Shown: positions 18,506-29,800, numbered from the stretch's first letter. The stretch: DNA of 64,000 nucleotides from an uncultured delta proteobacterium (GCA_963847445.1 CAWJZV010000046.1:96001-160000), one strand, 5' to 3'. Program-made: numbers and translations. The notes: generated by a model from the sequence alone, not told the origin.

Positions 18506-20783
18506 TCAATCGTCGATGGCTAGTTCCGGCTCCGGGTTCGCAGCGCCGTCGCCTTCGACCCAAGGTTTGAATTTTTCGTAAAGTTCGCTGAGCTTCGCTT
18601 TGTAGTGTTCGACGTTTTCGTCGGGGTTCTTTGCGTCCCAATCTGACGCTGGTTTGCAGTTGTCGCTGATCTTGACTTTGGCTTTGCCACCGGTGACGTA
18701 ATAGGAAATCTGGTCGCCCGCCTGATAGGGGCGATCGGCTTTGAGCGCCAGTTCATAGGGCGCGGCGGCGTTGCGTTTCTTGGCTTTGACTTTCGCTTGG
18801 TAATTCTCCAGTGAGTCTTGCAGCGTCTCGGTTTTCGCCAGCCAAGAAATGTCTTTGCGATGATTGGCGACGTCGTCGGCATACCGGTTGTAAAGCTCGG
18901 GAATTTTTTCCTTTTCACCTTTGAGCAGCAGCGTCAGCATTTCTTCCAGCCATTCGCGCTGGAACAATTCCAAGCCGCGCGAGCGCAGCCCGGAGCCTTT
19001 GATGCGCAGCCGGCCCTGCTCGTCGAGCAGGGCGTAGTTTTTCATCTTATAGCTGAACATGGCCGGGTAGCGGCCGTCGAGTTCGAGCTCGATGCCTTTG
19101 GGCAGAATCTCGCCGAGATCGTCGATCAGCTTCTCTTCGTCATTGGCGGTCTTGACACTTTCCGGCGGCACGAAATAGATGCCATCGGTGTCGACTTCGA
19201 TGATCTTGGCGTCTTTGCCTTTCAGCCAGGCGACGGCGGACTGGATCAGCTCCCGGCCCTTGGCCGTAACCTGATTGGCCGCGCTGAAATCGTTGAAGTG
19301 GCGCCATCTGAAAACCCAGGTAGCCGTAAAAGGAATTGATGAGAATTTTAAACGTCGATTGCAGGGCGTTGAAATAGACTCGACCTTCCTCGTCGTCGGC
19401 GTCGCGGGCGAGCTCCTTGGCTTTGACGCGGAAGGCGCGCAGATCGCTTAACAGGCCGGGGAAGACGCCGAGCTCGTCTTTCTTCGGCAGGTATTTATAA
19501 ACCAGCATGATCGACGGGTAGAGCGAGGTGACGTCGCAGTGCAGCACATGATTGGCCGTGCCCTGATACTCCATGTCGGTGAAGCCGCCGATGACGGCGC
19601 CGACCTCGTCGGGGTAGGGCACGGAATGGCGCTGATGCAGATACTCGCGCAGGAACAGGGCGTCGATTTTGGTGGCATTGCCGCGCAGCGGCATGTTCTG
19701 ATAGCTGAACGGAAAAATCTGCGCCTCGACGAAGTAGCTGGGCGAAAGGATCTCGGAGATCGCCCGGGTCTCGCGCACGTCGTCGAGGGCGTAGCGAAAC
19801 AAGGTGTCGGGATCATGATCGAAGTACCAGCTGGTCTTGTCGCCCGGCACATAGGTGCGCTCGGCGCCGGCGACGCCAAAATGGCGCGCGATGTCTTTCA
19901 AGCCGAAGCTCTCGAGCTCGCGGGTGGCGACATCGTAATGTTGCGCGAGAATCCAGGTGTCGATGATATGGCGGCCGAAGATTTCATATTTCCGATAGGT
20001 GATCGTCCGCTCGGCCATCTGCATGCGCGACGCATGGCCGCTCAAGCGCGAGCCGTCGCGGCCGAAGTTGAGCGCGACTTTGTGTCGCTTGGCGCGGGCT
20101 TCGATGTACTCCAAATCGAAGCGGAAAATATTATGCCCCTCGATCACGTCCGGGTCGCGCCGCTGGATCTCTTGCACCAGCTCCCGCAGCATCTCGGCTT
20201 CGCTGTACTCCTTGCCCGAGATCAGCCGCTCCCAACCGGTAGAGTCGGACAGAGCGATGGCCGTGATACGGTCGCTCTCCCGCGCTGCACTGGGAAAATT
20301 AAAACCGCTCTGGCAATAGGTTTCGATGTCGAGCTGTAAGCGCTTCAACTCGCGAAAGGTCATGCCGAGAAAATGCGTCCTGCCGGAAAGTAACAGAAAT
20401 TGTTGCAGCGGGTCGCTGAAATACCAATAAGGCGCGTCGCCGGCGGAGGGTGTCTTGCCGGTCTTTTTCTGCAAATAGGCCTTGGCGTCGTCGAGCTGTT
20501 TCAAGCCGGCGAACAGCGCCAAACGGTTGAAGGCGCCGCTGCCGGCGAGCTTTTCGATTTGCGCTTCGCCGCTCCAGCCGCTGAGTGGGTCGTCGCCTTC
20601 GAGCAGCATCAACGGCTGTAATGTCGCTGCTTCGCTGCGCACCGTTTCGCCGTCGCGAAAAAAGATCTTGACACTGGCGTCGCCGTCGACTTCGAATGCG
20701 ATCGCTGCCGCCGTGGCGTCATGGCCAAACAGGACTTCGTTTTTTTGAAATAGCGGGAGTAGTTGTTGCCGGTGTGCTTGCAT
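18506..20783 (-). CDS. polB: Family B DNA polymerase (Pol II-like) with 3'-5' exonuclease domain (frameshift near 19300)
   Basis: ExoI LDIET, ExoII GHNIFRFD, ExoIII YALDD; motif A DVTSLYPS, motif B KILINSFYG, motif C EVDTDG (in the shifted frame), KNYALL. Confidence 0.9.
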
Positions 20784-20928
20784 AAGCTCAGCGCCGACTA
20801 TAGCAAACTGCTCGGGGTTCGCCTAGCCGCTGTGCCGGGCGGGTCGCGCTCGCGCCATATAAATTATTCGTCGAATCCCGCTTTTCCCTGGAGGATTTGG
20901 CGTGGGATATGGTAAATTAACAACAGTT

Positions 20929-21709
20929 ATGGACCCGCTCAGTTTTGATAGCCGCCCGACGCTGCGCAGCCCAACCCTGGTGCTGGCATTTGCCGGCTGG
21001 AGCGATGCCGGGGCATCGGCGACGACGGCGTTGCGCTATCTGGTCGACAACCTGATGGGCAGGAAGTTCGCCAGCATCGATCCGGAGGAGTTTTACGATT
21101 TTTACCGCCAGCGGCCGGTGGTCCGGTTGAATGACGCCAAGGTTCGCGAGATCCATTGGCCGTCCTTCGATTTCTATCATGGCGCCGGCACTCGGCCTTG
21201 AGAAGGATTTTATTTTCGGCATCGGCGCCGAGCCGCATCTGCGCTGGCGGACCTTCACTGAAACCATGCTGCGTTTCGCCCGCGAGTGCGAGGCGGAGAT
21301 GGTGGTGACTCTGGGCGCCTATCTCGACGAAGTGCTCTACACCCGGCCGGTGCCGCTCACTGGATTTTCCACCGATGCTAAATTGATGGAGCAGTTGGAC
21401 CTCGCGCCGTCGCGCTACCAAGGGCCGACCGGCATCGTCGGGGTGTTGACCGACGCCTGCCGCCAGAGCGGCGTGGCGAATCTGAGCATCTGGGCGTCGC
21501 TGCCGCACTATCTCAATGTTTCACCCAACCCGCGCGGCAGCTTGGCGCTGCTCTTGCGGATGAACCAATGGCTCGGCTTGCGCGTCGACACGACGCCGAT
21601 GGAACGCGCCGCCGCCGATTTTCAGGCCAAGATCAACGAAGCCGTCAACGCCGACCCAAAACTTTCCGCGTACGTGCGTGAATTGAAGAAACGCGAATTC
21701 GAGCAGTGA
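20929..21709 (+). CDS. PAC2 family (proteasome assembly chaperone-like) protein (frameshift near 21190)
   Basis: AFAGWSDAG, IDPEEFYDF..RP, EPHLRW, VPLTG, YQGPTGIVGVL, WASLPHY. Confidence 0.85.
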
Positions 21710-22417
21710 AGCTCTCCGTCCTCGTCCCGGTCTACAACGAAGAGCGCACGCTGGAAGAGGTGGTGCGCCGAGTGTGCGCCTTTCCGAAGGCGAAGGAGAT
21801 CATTCTTGTCGACGATGGTTCGAAGGATCGGAGTCGTGAGATTCTCACGCGTTTGCAGGAAGCGAATCAGCGGGCGAAGGATCCACTCAATCACATTAGG
21901 ATTTTTTTTCAGCGAGCGGAACCAGGGCAAGGGTGCGGCGCTCAAAACCGCGCTCGGTCACGTGACCGGTGAAATCGTCCTAGTTCAGGATGCCGACCTC
22001 GAATATGATCCGGCGGACTATCCGGCACTGATCGAGCCGATTGAAAAAGGGCTGGCCGATGTGGTCTACGGCACGCGTTTCGCGGGTGGCGGTGCGCACC
22101 GGGTGTTCTTTTTTTGGCACTCGATGGGCAATCGAGTTCTGACATTGCTGTCCAACATGCTTTCCAATCTAAATCTCTCTGATATGGAAGTCGGTTACAA
22201 AGTATTTCGCGCGCAAGTACTGGAAGGCATCGAACTAAAATCGCGCCGTTTCGGCTTCGAACCCGAAATCACCATGAAGCTCGCCAAGAAACGCTGCCGA
22301 TTCTACGAAGTGCCGATCTCCTACCATGGCCGCACCTACGAAGAGGGTAAGAAGATCACCTGGAAAGACGGCGTCGCGGCGCTGTATTACATGCTGCGAT
22401 TCCGGTTCTCCGATTGA
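21706..22417 (+). CDS. GT2 glycosyltransferase (DPM1-like; frameshift near 21910)
   Basis: LSVLVPVYNE, VDDGSKD, NQGKGAA, QDADLEY, FGFEPEIT. Confidence 0.88.
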
Positions 22418-22437
22418 GTGGTTGGGGAAAAACTGCC

Positions 22438-22460
22438 GGCGCAGCATGCTGCGCCCCAAC
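22438..22460 (-). repeat. REP-like perfect palindrome
   Basis: GGCGCAGCATGCTGCGCC plus CCAAC (GTTG-GG.. on the minus strand), between convergent genes. Confidence 0.5.
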
Positions 22461-22485
22461 AGGTCGTTCCGTATTCTTTCGGTTG

Positions 22486-23436
22486 CTATCCTCTCGCTCC
22501 CTCGTTCCACAATTCATCCATGTAATCCTTGAGCGCTTCCTTGAGTGGGAACTTGGGCGTGTAGCCGAGCTCCGCTTGGCTGACGCTGATATCCATTGGC
22601 ATGCTGCGGCTCTTGTCGGCGCTGCTGCTGCCGCTGACTTTGATTTCCAGCTTGGGTGCGACTTCGCGCACCACCTGAGCTAATTGCTCGGCGCCGTGGA
22701 CCGCGCCGGTGCCGGCGTTGTAAATGCGCTGCTGGGGATGCTGCGCTTGGCAGGCGAGTAGCAACGCGAGACCGACATCTTTACCGTAGACATATTCGTT
22801 GGGACCGTAAGTCTTGGCGTCGATGGTGATCGGATCGCCTTTGATCATCGCCAGCGCCAAGTCGCGCATGACCATGCCGACGGTGGAGCCGCCGACGTAG
22901 AAGCCGCGGCCGAACACGCCGCCGGGACGGATGATGATGCTGTCCAAGTTGTACATGCTGGTGTAGGCGTGGAGCAAATGTTCGGAGCAAACTTTGGTGG
23001 TGGCGTAAAGGTTGTGGCCGCCGATGGGGTGAACCTCTTTGACCACGCTGTCATTGATCTTGCCACGCTCGTAGACGCCAAAGGTGCTGACGTAGACCAC
23101 CCGGCGCAGTTTTCTTAGCCGGGCCGCTTCGAGAATATTGATCGTACCTAAAATATTGTTGGTCGCGCCGGTGTAAGAGTTTTCTTGCACCCGCCCGCCG
23201 ATCAAACCCGCGGTGTGGACCAGGGTGTCGACGTTGAATTTTTCCAGCGCCGTGAGCAGCGCCGGCAAGTCGAGCATGTTGGCGGCGACGACGTCGGCCT
23301 TGTCTTTTCCGACGATTTTGCCGATGTAATCGCGGTTGGGCGAAAGGTCGAAAAGCACGACCTTGTGGCCGGCGTCGACCATTTGGCGCGCCGCGTGAGC
23401 GCCGATCAGTCCGGCGCCGGTGATAAGAATGTTCAT
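22486..23436 (-). CDS. NAD-dependent epimerase/dehydratase (extended SDR)
   Basis: ITGAGLIG, HTAG, YATTK catalytic motif. Confidence 0.88.
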   Translation of the reverse strand: MNILITGAGLIGAHAARQMVDAGHKVVLFDLSPNRDYIGKIVGKDKADVVAANMLDLPALLTALEKFNVDTLVHTAGLIGGRVQENSYTGATNNILGTINILEAARLRKLRRVVYVSTFGVYERGKINDSVVKEVHPIGGHNLYATTKVCSEHLLHAYTSMYNLDSIIIRPGGVFGRGFYVGGSTVGMVMRDLALAMIKGDPITIDAKTYGPNEYVYGKDVGLALLLACQAQHPQQRIYNAGTGAVHGAEQLAQVVREVAPKLEIKVSGSSSADKSRSMPMDISVSQAELGYTPKFPLKEALKDYMDELWNEGARG

Positions 23437-23475
23437 GTTGCCTCCTACTTAATTTCTCTTCGATGACGATGCAGA

Positions 23476-24447
23476 TTATTTGATACCCAGCTCCTGGTTC
23501 ACTTCCCGTTGCAGGCTGAAGTCAAAAATCTTCGCTGCTGGCACCGGTTCTTTGAGCTTCAGCACTTCGGCGTCGGCGCGGAGAAATTCCTCGACTTCCT
23601 TGTCGGTGGGCAGTCCGTTGGTGGTAAACGCCGGGCGAGCCAAGCGATAGGATTCAAGCGCGACATTCAGGTCGACATTCAATAGCTTCGCCAGGACTTC
23701 GGCGCTGCCGCGTTCGTTCTCGAATAGATAGCGGTGTGCCCGGGAGCGGGCGCGCAGGATGCGTTTCACCAGGTCGCGTTTTTCCCGCAGCAGTTTTTCG
23801 GAGAAGGCCAAGCCGTTCTGCAGATTAGGCAGATCGTCCAGCGTGCTGCCGTGGATGCGCAGCTTGAACTTGTCGCGCGCCAGGATGACGGTCGGTGGCG
23901 ACAGCGCTGCCAAGTGAATCGCCCCGCTCATGAGGCTCTGGAGCTGAGCCGGGACGTCGCCGCCGATTACCATTGTGATGTCTTTGTCGGTATCGAGCCC
24001 GGCCTTTTGCAGCAGACGTAGGCCAGCCAAATGCTGCGATCCGCCGAAGGTGGTGGTGCCGAAGGTTTTGCCTTTGAGTTCCGCCAGGGATTTGATTTCC
24101 GGTTTGGTCACCAGCCAGAATAGATTTTTCTTGAGGCTCTGCGACATGACTTTGGCCGGCAGATCACTGCGCTCCATGGCGCGAATGATCGTGCCGACGT
24201 TGTTGATCGCATGGGCGTCGCCGCTGAGTAGCGCGGTGACGCCGATATTGCCGCGCACCTGGACGACATCGGCGTTGAGCCCTTCCTGGCGGAAAAAGCC
24301 GCGTTCCTGGGCGATATAGAGATCGACGGAGGCGATGCTACGGCTCGGGTAGGTGATGACGATGCGATCGAGCGGCGTTTGGGCGTGGGCGGTCGCGCCG
24401 CTGCAGATGAAGGCGAACCAGGCGAGAATAACGAATGTAAGTTTCAT
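23476..24447 (-). CDS. ABC-type substrate-binding protein, NMT1/SsuA family
   Basis: Signal peptide MKLTFVIL..AHA, RGFFRQEGL, IFDFSLQRE. Confidence 0.85.
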   Translation of the reverse strand: MKLTFVILAWFAFICSGATAHAQTPLDRIVITYPSRSIASVDLYIAQERGFFRQEGLNADVVQVRGNIGVTALLSGDAHAINNVGTIIRAMERSDLPAKVMSQSLKKNLFWLVTKPEIKSLAELKGKTFGTTTFGGSQHLAGLRLLQKAGLDTDKDITMVIGGDVPAQLQSLMSGAIHLAALSPPTVILARDKFKLRIHGSTLDDLPNLQNGLAFSEKLLREKRDLVKRILRARSRAHRYLFENERGSAEVLAKLLNVDLNVALESYRLARPAFTTNGLPTDKEVEEFLRADAEVLKLKEPVPAAKIFDFSLQREVNQELGIK

Positions 24448-24570
24448 TTGGCCCTCGATATTTAGTGGAAATGTCATGGATGTCAACCGATTCTCGGGCG
24501 TGACGCAACCCTCTCTTGAAACCGCGCCGGAAATTACAGTATACAGGGGTAAATAAGGAGGATGATTTTT

Positions 24571-24990
24571 ATGAAAGTGAAGCAAATCTATCATATCGGT
24601 TTACCTTGCAATGATTTGGAGCGCGGTGTGAAGTTTTACACCGAAGTCTTGGGCATGAAATGCACCAAGATCGGTTACGACACCGAGAGCGGCGGCCCGT
24701 ACAAAGAAAAATACGGCATGTTCCCCAACATCGCCCGGCTATTTATGGAAGATGGCATGTGCTTGGTGTTGTTCCAACGGCCCGAAGAGGTGGAGCGGGG
24801 CGATTTCGACGAGGGCACGTCCCATCTAGCGTTGGAAGTCAGCTCTGAAGACTTTGACAAGGCCAATGATGAGCTCCAGAAAGCCGGCGTGAAAGTGTCC
24901 ATCGATAAGCCGGTGGTCCGGCCCACGGGCAAGGCGATTTACTTCTACGATACCGAACAGAATTACATTCAGCTCTGGTCGAGGCCGTAA
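24571..24990 (+). CDS. Single-domain VOC family protein
   Basis: IYHIGL..FYTEVLG, SHLALEV, IYFYDTEQNYIQL. Confidence 0.82.
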   Translation: MKVKQIYHIGLPCNDLERGVKFYTEVLGMKCTKIGYDTESGGPYKEKYGMFPNIARLFMEDGMCLVLFQRPEEVERGDFDEGTSHLALEVSSEDFDKANDELQKAGVKVSIDKPVVRPTGKAIYFYDTEQNYIQLWSRP

Positions 24991-25000
24991 CGCGGGTATA

Positions 25001-25062
25001 GTTTCGGGTTACGGGTTTCGCGTTCCGAGTTAACCTGAAACCCAAGACTCGAAACTCGAAAC
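25001..25062. repeat. Palindrome of four 7-nt units per arm; may double as a terminator
   Basis: GTTTCGG GTTACGG GTTTCGC GTTCCGA GTT|AAC CTGAAAC CCAAGAC TCGAAAC TCGAAAC, then GCTTTTTT. Confidence 0.75.
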
Positions 25063-25099
25063 GCTTTTTTGGCATTCCCCGAGTTTCCTGGAGAATTCT

Positions 25100-25921
25100 T
25101 CAGGGGGCTCGGGGAATGTCTTTTTGGCCGTCAGCAAGTCGTTTGGCCGAGGTGAGAAAACCGGTGTGGGCGACCATGCGGTGCTGCGGCCGGGCGCTCA
25201 TGCCTTTGAAGTGCCAGAAGCGCATCAAGCTTTCGCTAGTTTCGATGCAGGCGAAACGTTTGTCGTCGCGCAGAGCGTCGACCAAATTTTTAACTTGCAG
25301 CACCGTTGGCAGGTAGCAGAGCAAGATGCCGCCGGGCCGGAGCACCCGCCAGGCTCGCTCGATGACATGCCAAGGCTCGGGCAGGTCCAGGACGACACGA
25401 TCGATGTCGGTTTCCGCCAATTCGGTGGCGACATCGCCGAGCTTGATCGTCCAGTTGGGCGACGGACCGAAGTAGCGCGAAACGTTTTGCTGCGCCATCG
25501 CGGAAAAATCTTCACGCAGCTCGTAGGAAATCAGTCGCCCGTCGGCGCCGATGGCGCGTAGCAGCGCCATGCTCAGCGCGCCGGCGCCGACGCCGGCCTC
25601 GATGACCCGCGCGCCGGGGAAAAGATCGGCCCAGATCAAGATTGGTCCGATGTCCTTCGGATAGATGACTTGCGCCGTGCGCGGCAGGTTGGGAATCAGC
25701 TGCGGCAAGCTCGGTCGAAAGACCAGAAAAGGTTCGTTCACCGAGGAGCGCACGACGATGCCTTCGTCGTGGCCGATGATATCCTCGACGGCGATCTTGC
25801 CGCCGCGGATCGCGATCGGCCGGCGCTGATCGAGGCGCGAGAGATATTCCCGGTCTTTGCGGTCGAGCAAGATTACCGGTTCGTCGGCGGCCAATGGCCC
25901 TCTGCGATAGTTGCTGTCCAT
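25100..25921 (-). CDS. trmI: tRNA (adenine-58-N1)-methyltransferase, GCD14/TrmI
   Basis: PRTAQVIYPKD, EAGVGAGAL, YELREDF, LDLPEPW, RPQHRMVAHTGFL. Confidence 0.9.
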   Translation of the reverse strand: MDSNYRRGPLAADEPVILLDRKDREYLSRLDQRRPIAIRGGKIAVEDIIGHDEGIVVRSSVNEPFLVFRPSLPQLIPNLPRTAQVIYPKDIGPILIWADLFPGARVIEAGVGAGALSMALLRAIGADGRLISYELREDFSAMAQQNVSRYFGPSPNWTIKLGDVATELAETDIDRVVLDLPEPWHVIERAWRVLRPGGILLCYLPTVLQVKNLVDALRDDKRFACIETSESLMRFWHFKGMSARPQHRMVAHTGFLTSAKRLADGQKDIPRAP

Positions 25922-25995
25922 ATTTTTCTTATTGGCTAATTGCGAACAGGTGTTTCACCAAAAAAACCACTGCACGGCGTCGCCGTAACCGAGAC

Positions 25996-26121
25996 TCGGA
26001 ATATCTCTCGCAAAGACGCTAAGCTCGCAAAGGTCGGAGAGTTAGGATGAAATTCGTTCGTAAGATATTTACTTTCCCCTCCACCTTGGCGTCTTTGCGC
26101 CTTTGCGAGAGGCAATTCCGA
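25996..26121. repeat. Palindromic element with CGCAAAG tandem units
   Basis: CTCTCGCAAAGACGCTAAGCTCGCAAAGG..CCTTGGCGTCTTTGCGCCTTTGCGAGAG; same family as the 12665 outer arms. Confidence 0.78.
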
Positions 26122-26128
26122 ATCCGAT

Positions 26129-27239
26129 TTACTTAACAGTGTAGCTGCCCATGCCCTGGCGCTGGAGTTCGGCGACGATGTCGCGTACTTCCTGGGAGCG
26201 ATTGAGATCGCCGACCAGGATGGCGTCGGGGGTGTCGACGACGACGGCGTCGTCTATACCCAAGAGCACGACGAGGCGATCGGGGGAGTGGATCAGGCAG
26301 TTTTTCGAGCCGATCTGCACCCAGCGGCCGTTGCCGGCGTTGCCGTGAGCGTCTTTGCCCATCATGCGATGCACCGCGGCCCAGCTGCCGACATCGCTCC
26401 AGCCGAAGTCGGCTTCGACGGTGATGACTTTGCCTTCGGCGCCGGCTTTTTCCAAAACCGCAAAGTCGATGGAGATGCTCGGCATCTGGCCATACTCGCG
26501 GGCGATGGTTCGCCGCGAGGCGGTGCTGGGACTAGCGAGCGATTTTCCCGCGGCGGCTTTGGCGATGCGGCTAAGCGCTGCGCCGATTGCCGGCTGATAG
26601 CGATTCAACAGATCCAGCAGCAAGGATGCTTTCCAGACAAAGATGCCGCTGTTCCACAACGAGCCTTGGCGAATTAATGTTTTTGGCCGCCGCTTCGCTA
26701 GGCTTCTCGGTAAATTTTTTGACTTGGAACGCGCCGCCGGCAGCGGCAAGTTTGCCGCTTTTCATGATGTAGCCATAGCCGGTTTCCGGGTAATCTGGGC
26801 GGATGCCGATGGTGACCAGCTGGTCGTGTTTTTTCGCCAGCGCGACAGCCGACTTCAGAGTGCGTTGGAAGCCTTTCACATCGGCGACCCAATGGTCGGC
26901 AGGAAGCACGACCATCACGCCGTTGGGATCGCGGCGCATTACTTCCAACGCGGCCAAACCGATGCAAGGCGCGGTGTTTTTTCCTAGCGGTTCGGCAATA
27001 AAATTGTTCTTGGGCAGGGCCGGCAGTTCTCTTTTGAGTGCGGTGACTTGCTCGGCGACGGTGACCACCAAGGTCCGCGCGCGGCCGCCGAGGCCGTAGA
27101 CGCGCTCGGCGGTTTCGTCGATCAAGCTTTTGCGGCTCAAGATTTTTAACAACTGTTTGGGTCGTTGAGCGCGGCTCAGGGGCCAGAAGCGCGTGCCTTT
27201 GCCGCCGGCGATGATGATGTTGAAGCAGTGTTTTTCCAT
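26129..27239 (-). CDS. manC: Mannose-1-phosphate guanylyltransferase (frameshift near 26680)
   Basis: IIAGGKGTRFWPLSR..PKQ, EPLGKNTAP, PADH, ETGYGYI, WNSGIF, WSDVGSW. Confidence 0.88.
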
Positions 27240-27282
27240 TTGTCTGCGAGTTGATGAGTGCGCCGGTTAGTGTACGGTAGCC

Positions 27283-28258
27283 GTGATGGGCGATCAAGTG
27301 AATGGCCAAGATGAAAACCAGATTTGGCTTGTGCCCGATGATCTGCAAGCGGTCCGGTTAGACGGCTTCTTACGCCAATGCTTGCCGCATTTGTCGCGCC
27401 AGGAAGTTCATCGAGCCATCGCCGAGAAGTTTTTTCTACTCAACGGCAGAGTCGCGCGAAAGGGCGATCGCCTGAATGGCGGCGATCGGCTTTGCTTCGT
27501 CGGGCCGGCGGATTTGCTGTCCGACGCGCCGCCGCCGGCGCGGCAATTGGAAATCCCGATAATTTACGAGGACGATTCGCTGCTCGTCGTCGACAAGCCG
27601 GCGGGTGTGGCGACCCATGGCTTTTCCGGACGAGATCGCGCCACCCTGGCGAATTTTCTTGCCGCCCAACGGCCCGGACTACTAAACATCGGCAAGAGCC
27701 GGTGGGAGCCTGGACTCGTGCATCGGCTCGACATCGAGACTTCAGGCGTAGTGCTCGTCGCCAAGACTCAAGCCGTCTTCGATCGGCTGCGCGAACAGTT
27801 TCGCCGCCGGGAGATCAAGAAAACCTATCTTGCCCTGGTGTGGGGGCAACCGATCGAGCGCGGCACCATCGAGCTGGCTTTGGCCCATGATCGTGGCGAC
27901 CGGCGCCGCATGGTTGCGGTGCAGCATCGCGAGCGGAGCGCCGACCGACGGGTTTGGCGGGCGATCACGCATTATCGTGTCATTGCCACTGCCAGCGGCA
28001 TGAGCTTGCTCGAGGTCGAAATGGAGACCGGCGTGACGCACCAGATTCGCGTGCACTTGTCCGTCGAACGGCTATCCGATCGTCGGCGATACTTTATATG
28101 GTGCGGACTATCCGGAGCGTTTCGGCTTGGCCCGCCATTGTTTGCACGCCAGCAGTCTGACCTTGCGCCACCCGGCGAGTGGTCAGCTTCTGTGTGTCGA
28201 TGCGCAGCTACCGGTTGAGCTTCGTGAGGTTTTACAGCGAATCGAAATGGCGGTCTAG
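27283..28258 (+). CDS. RluA/RluD family pseudouridine synthase (frameshift near 28065)
   Basis: S4-like RLDGFL, VDKPAG, VHRLDIETSG, TGVTHQIRVH; C-terminus GDTLYG..HCLHA lies in the next frame. Confidence 0.88.
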
Positions 28259-28620
28259 GCGGCGCTGGTTTTGATGCCTTTGGCTTTGGCGCAGGGGCCG
28301 CAGAAGTTGTTGAGCGTCACCGCTTCTTCCATCCAGCCGTCGTCGAGGTTGTGGCTGATTTTCTTGCATTCGAAACAGATGAAATACAGACCGTCGATGC
28401 TTTTATTGATCTTCTCGCGGTTGAGCACGCGACCGCGCAGCTTGTCGATGCGAATGCCGAGCAGTTCTTCGTAGTTTTTCTTTATCTTGCGCCGTCCGGC
28501 TTCGTCACTTGGAAGATCTTCATCATCGGACTCGTCATGGGTGCCGTCGTCAATATAGTCGTGCGACCGATCCTTAGCTTTGGCTGGCCGTCCCGCGGTT
28601 TTCTTCTTGGTTCGTGGCAT
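28255..28620 (-). CDS. Small hypothetical protein with C4 zinc finger, possibly DksA/TraR-like
   Basis: Basic N-terminus, acidic patch, helical segment, then CFEC-x21-CGPC. Confidence 0.6.
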   Translation of the reverse strand: MPRTKKKTAGRPAKAKDRSHDYIDDGTHDESDDEDLPSDEAGRRKIKKNYEELLGIRIDKLRGRVLNREKINKSIDGLYFICFECKKISHNLDDGWMEEAVTLNNFCGPCAKAKGIKTSAA

Positions 28621-28971
28621 TTGTTTTGGCGCTCCGTGCGATACTGATCCTGGCGGCTGTTGGGTTTGCTGTCGGGAAGCGACCCTAATTGATAATGAAC
28701 GCAGCCAAGGTTGTCAATAGTGAAATCGGAAAGTGTAACTTTAATAGCATGCGCGCTCGGTAACAAGTTTGCGCCTGGCATGAATGGAGTCTCGTCCGAA
28801 GTACGGATGCGCCTTGCCAGCCGTCGCTCTTTAGGCGTAAAACGCTGTGACTAGGCTTCGGTTGATCTAAGTCAAAATTGGCCGTTCATGAGAAAGCAAA
28901 CGGCTGGAGGTTTTGTTGTGGAATCATCACTGCCTAACTCTCTGAATCGGCAAGGGACAACGCCTCCACCC

Positions 28972-29749
28972 ATGGCCTTCGACCTCGACGCATATTGTGA
29001 TCGGATTAACTACACGGGGTCCCGCGATCCAACTTTGGCCACTTTAAGGGGCCTGCACTTCGCGCATGCGCACAACGTGCCTTTCGAGAATCTCGACATT
29101 CACTTGGGTCAAGCAATTTCTTTGCAACCGGCCGATCTGTTCACCAAGATCGTCACCCGCAAGCGTGGCGGGTATTGCTACGAGGTTAACAGTTTCTTTG
29201 CCATGATCTTGCGGGCTTTTGGCTTTCAAGTGCACGGCCTGTTGGCCCGCGTTCTGTTTAGCAATCTCGGGCTTGCGGCCGCGCAGCCATCAGCTGCTTT
29301 TGGTTACGGTGGACAAAGAGCCATGGATCGCCGATGTCGGTTTTGGCAGTTGCTGCCTGCGCGAGCCAATGCGTCTGACGCCCGGTGTGGTGAGCGAGCA
29401 AGGCCCGGACAGCTTTCGACTCAAAACAGATGCAGGCCACACTTATGTTTTGGAAGCGTTGCTAGCCGGGCGTTGGCAAGACCTCTACGAGTTTACCCTG
29501 GAACCATTCGATCTCGTCGATTACGAGCCGTTCAATTACTGGAACTCGACATCTCCCCATGTGCGTTTTACGCAACAGAAGCTCTGTACGATTCCCACAA
29601 AAGAGGGACGTATAGTGGCGGTCGATATGGAGTTTAAGATTCACGGCCGCCAGGGCACACAAACGATAACGGCGAAAACGCATGAAGAATACCTGGAATT
29701 GCTGCGCGCACATTTCGGTCTGGAGGTAGCCGGCACGTTCATCAAATGA
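28972..29749 (+). CDS. Arylamine N-acetyltransferase (frameshift near 29270)
   Basis: VPFENL, RGGYCYEVN (catalytic Cys), SHQLLLV, ADVGFG (His, Asp). Confidence 0.88.
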
Positions 29750-29800
29750 GGCCGGGTGAATCCGTAGCCCACGTCTGTAGGTCAATGTTTGGAGGAGATT

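Noticed and set aside
18506-20783. polB as marker of a prophage, pipolin or casposon
   Set aside because: No integrase, Cas1, structural genes or terminal repeats; the neighbours are cellular genes.
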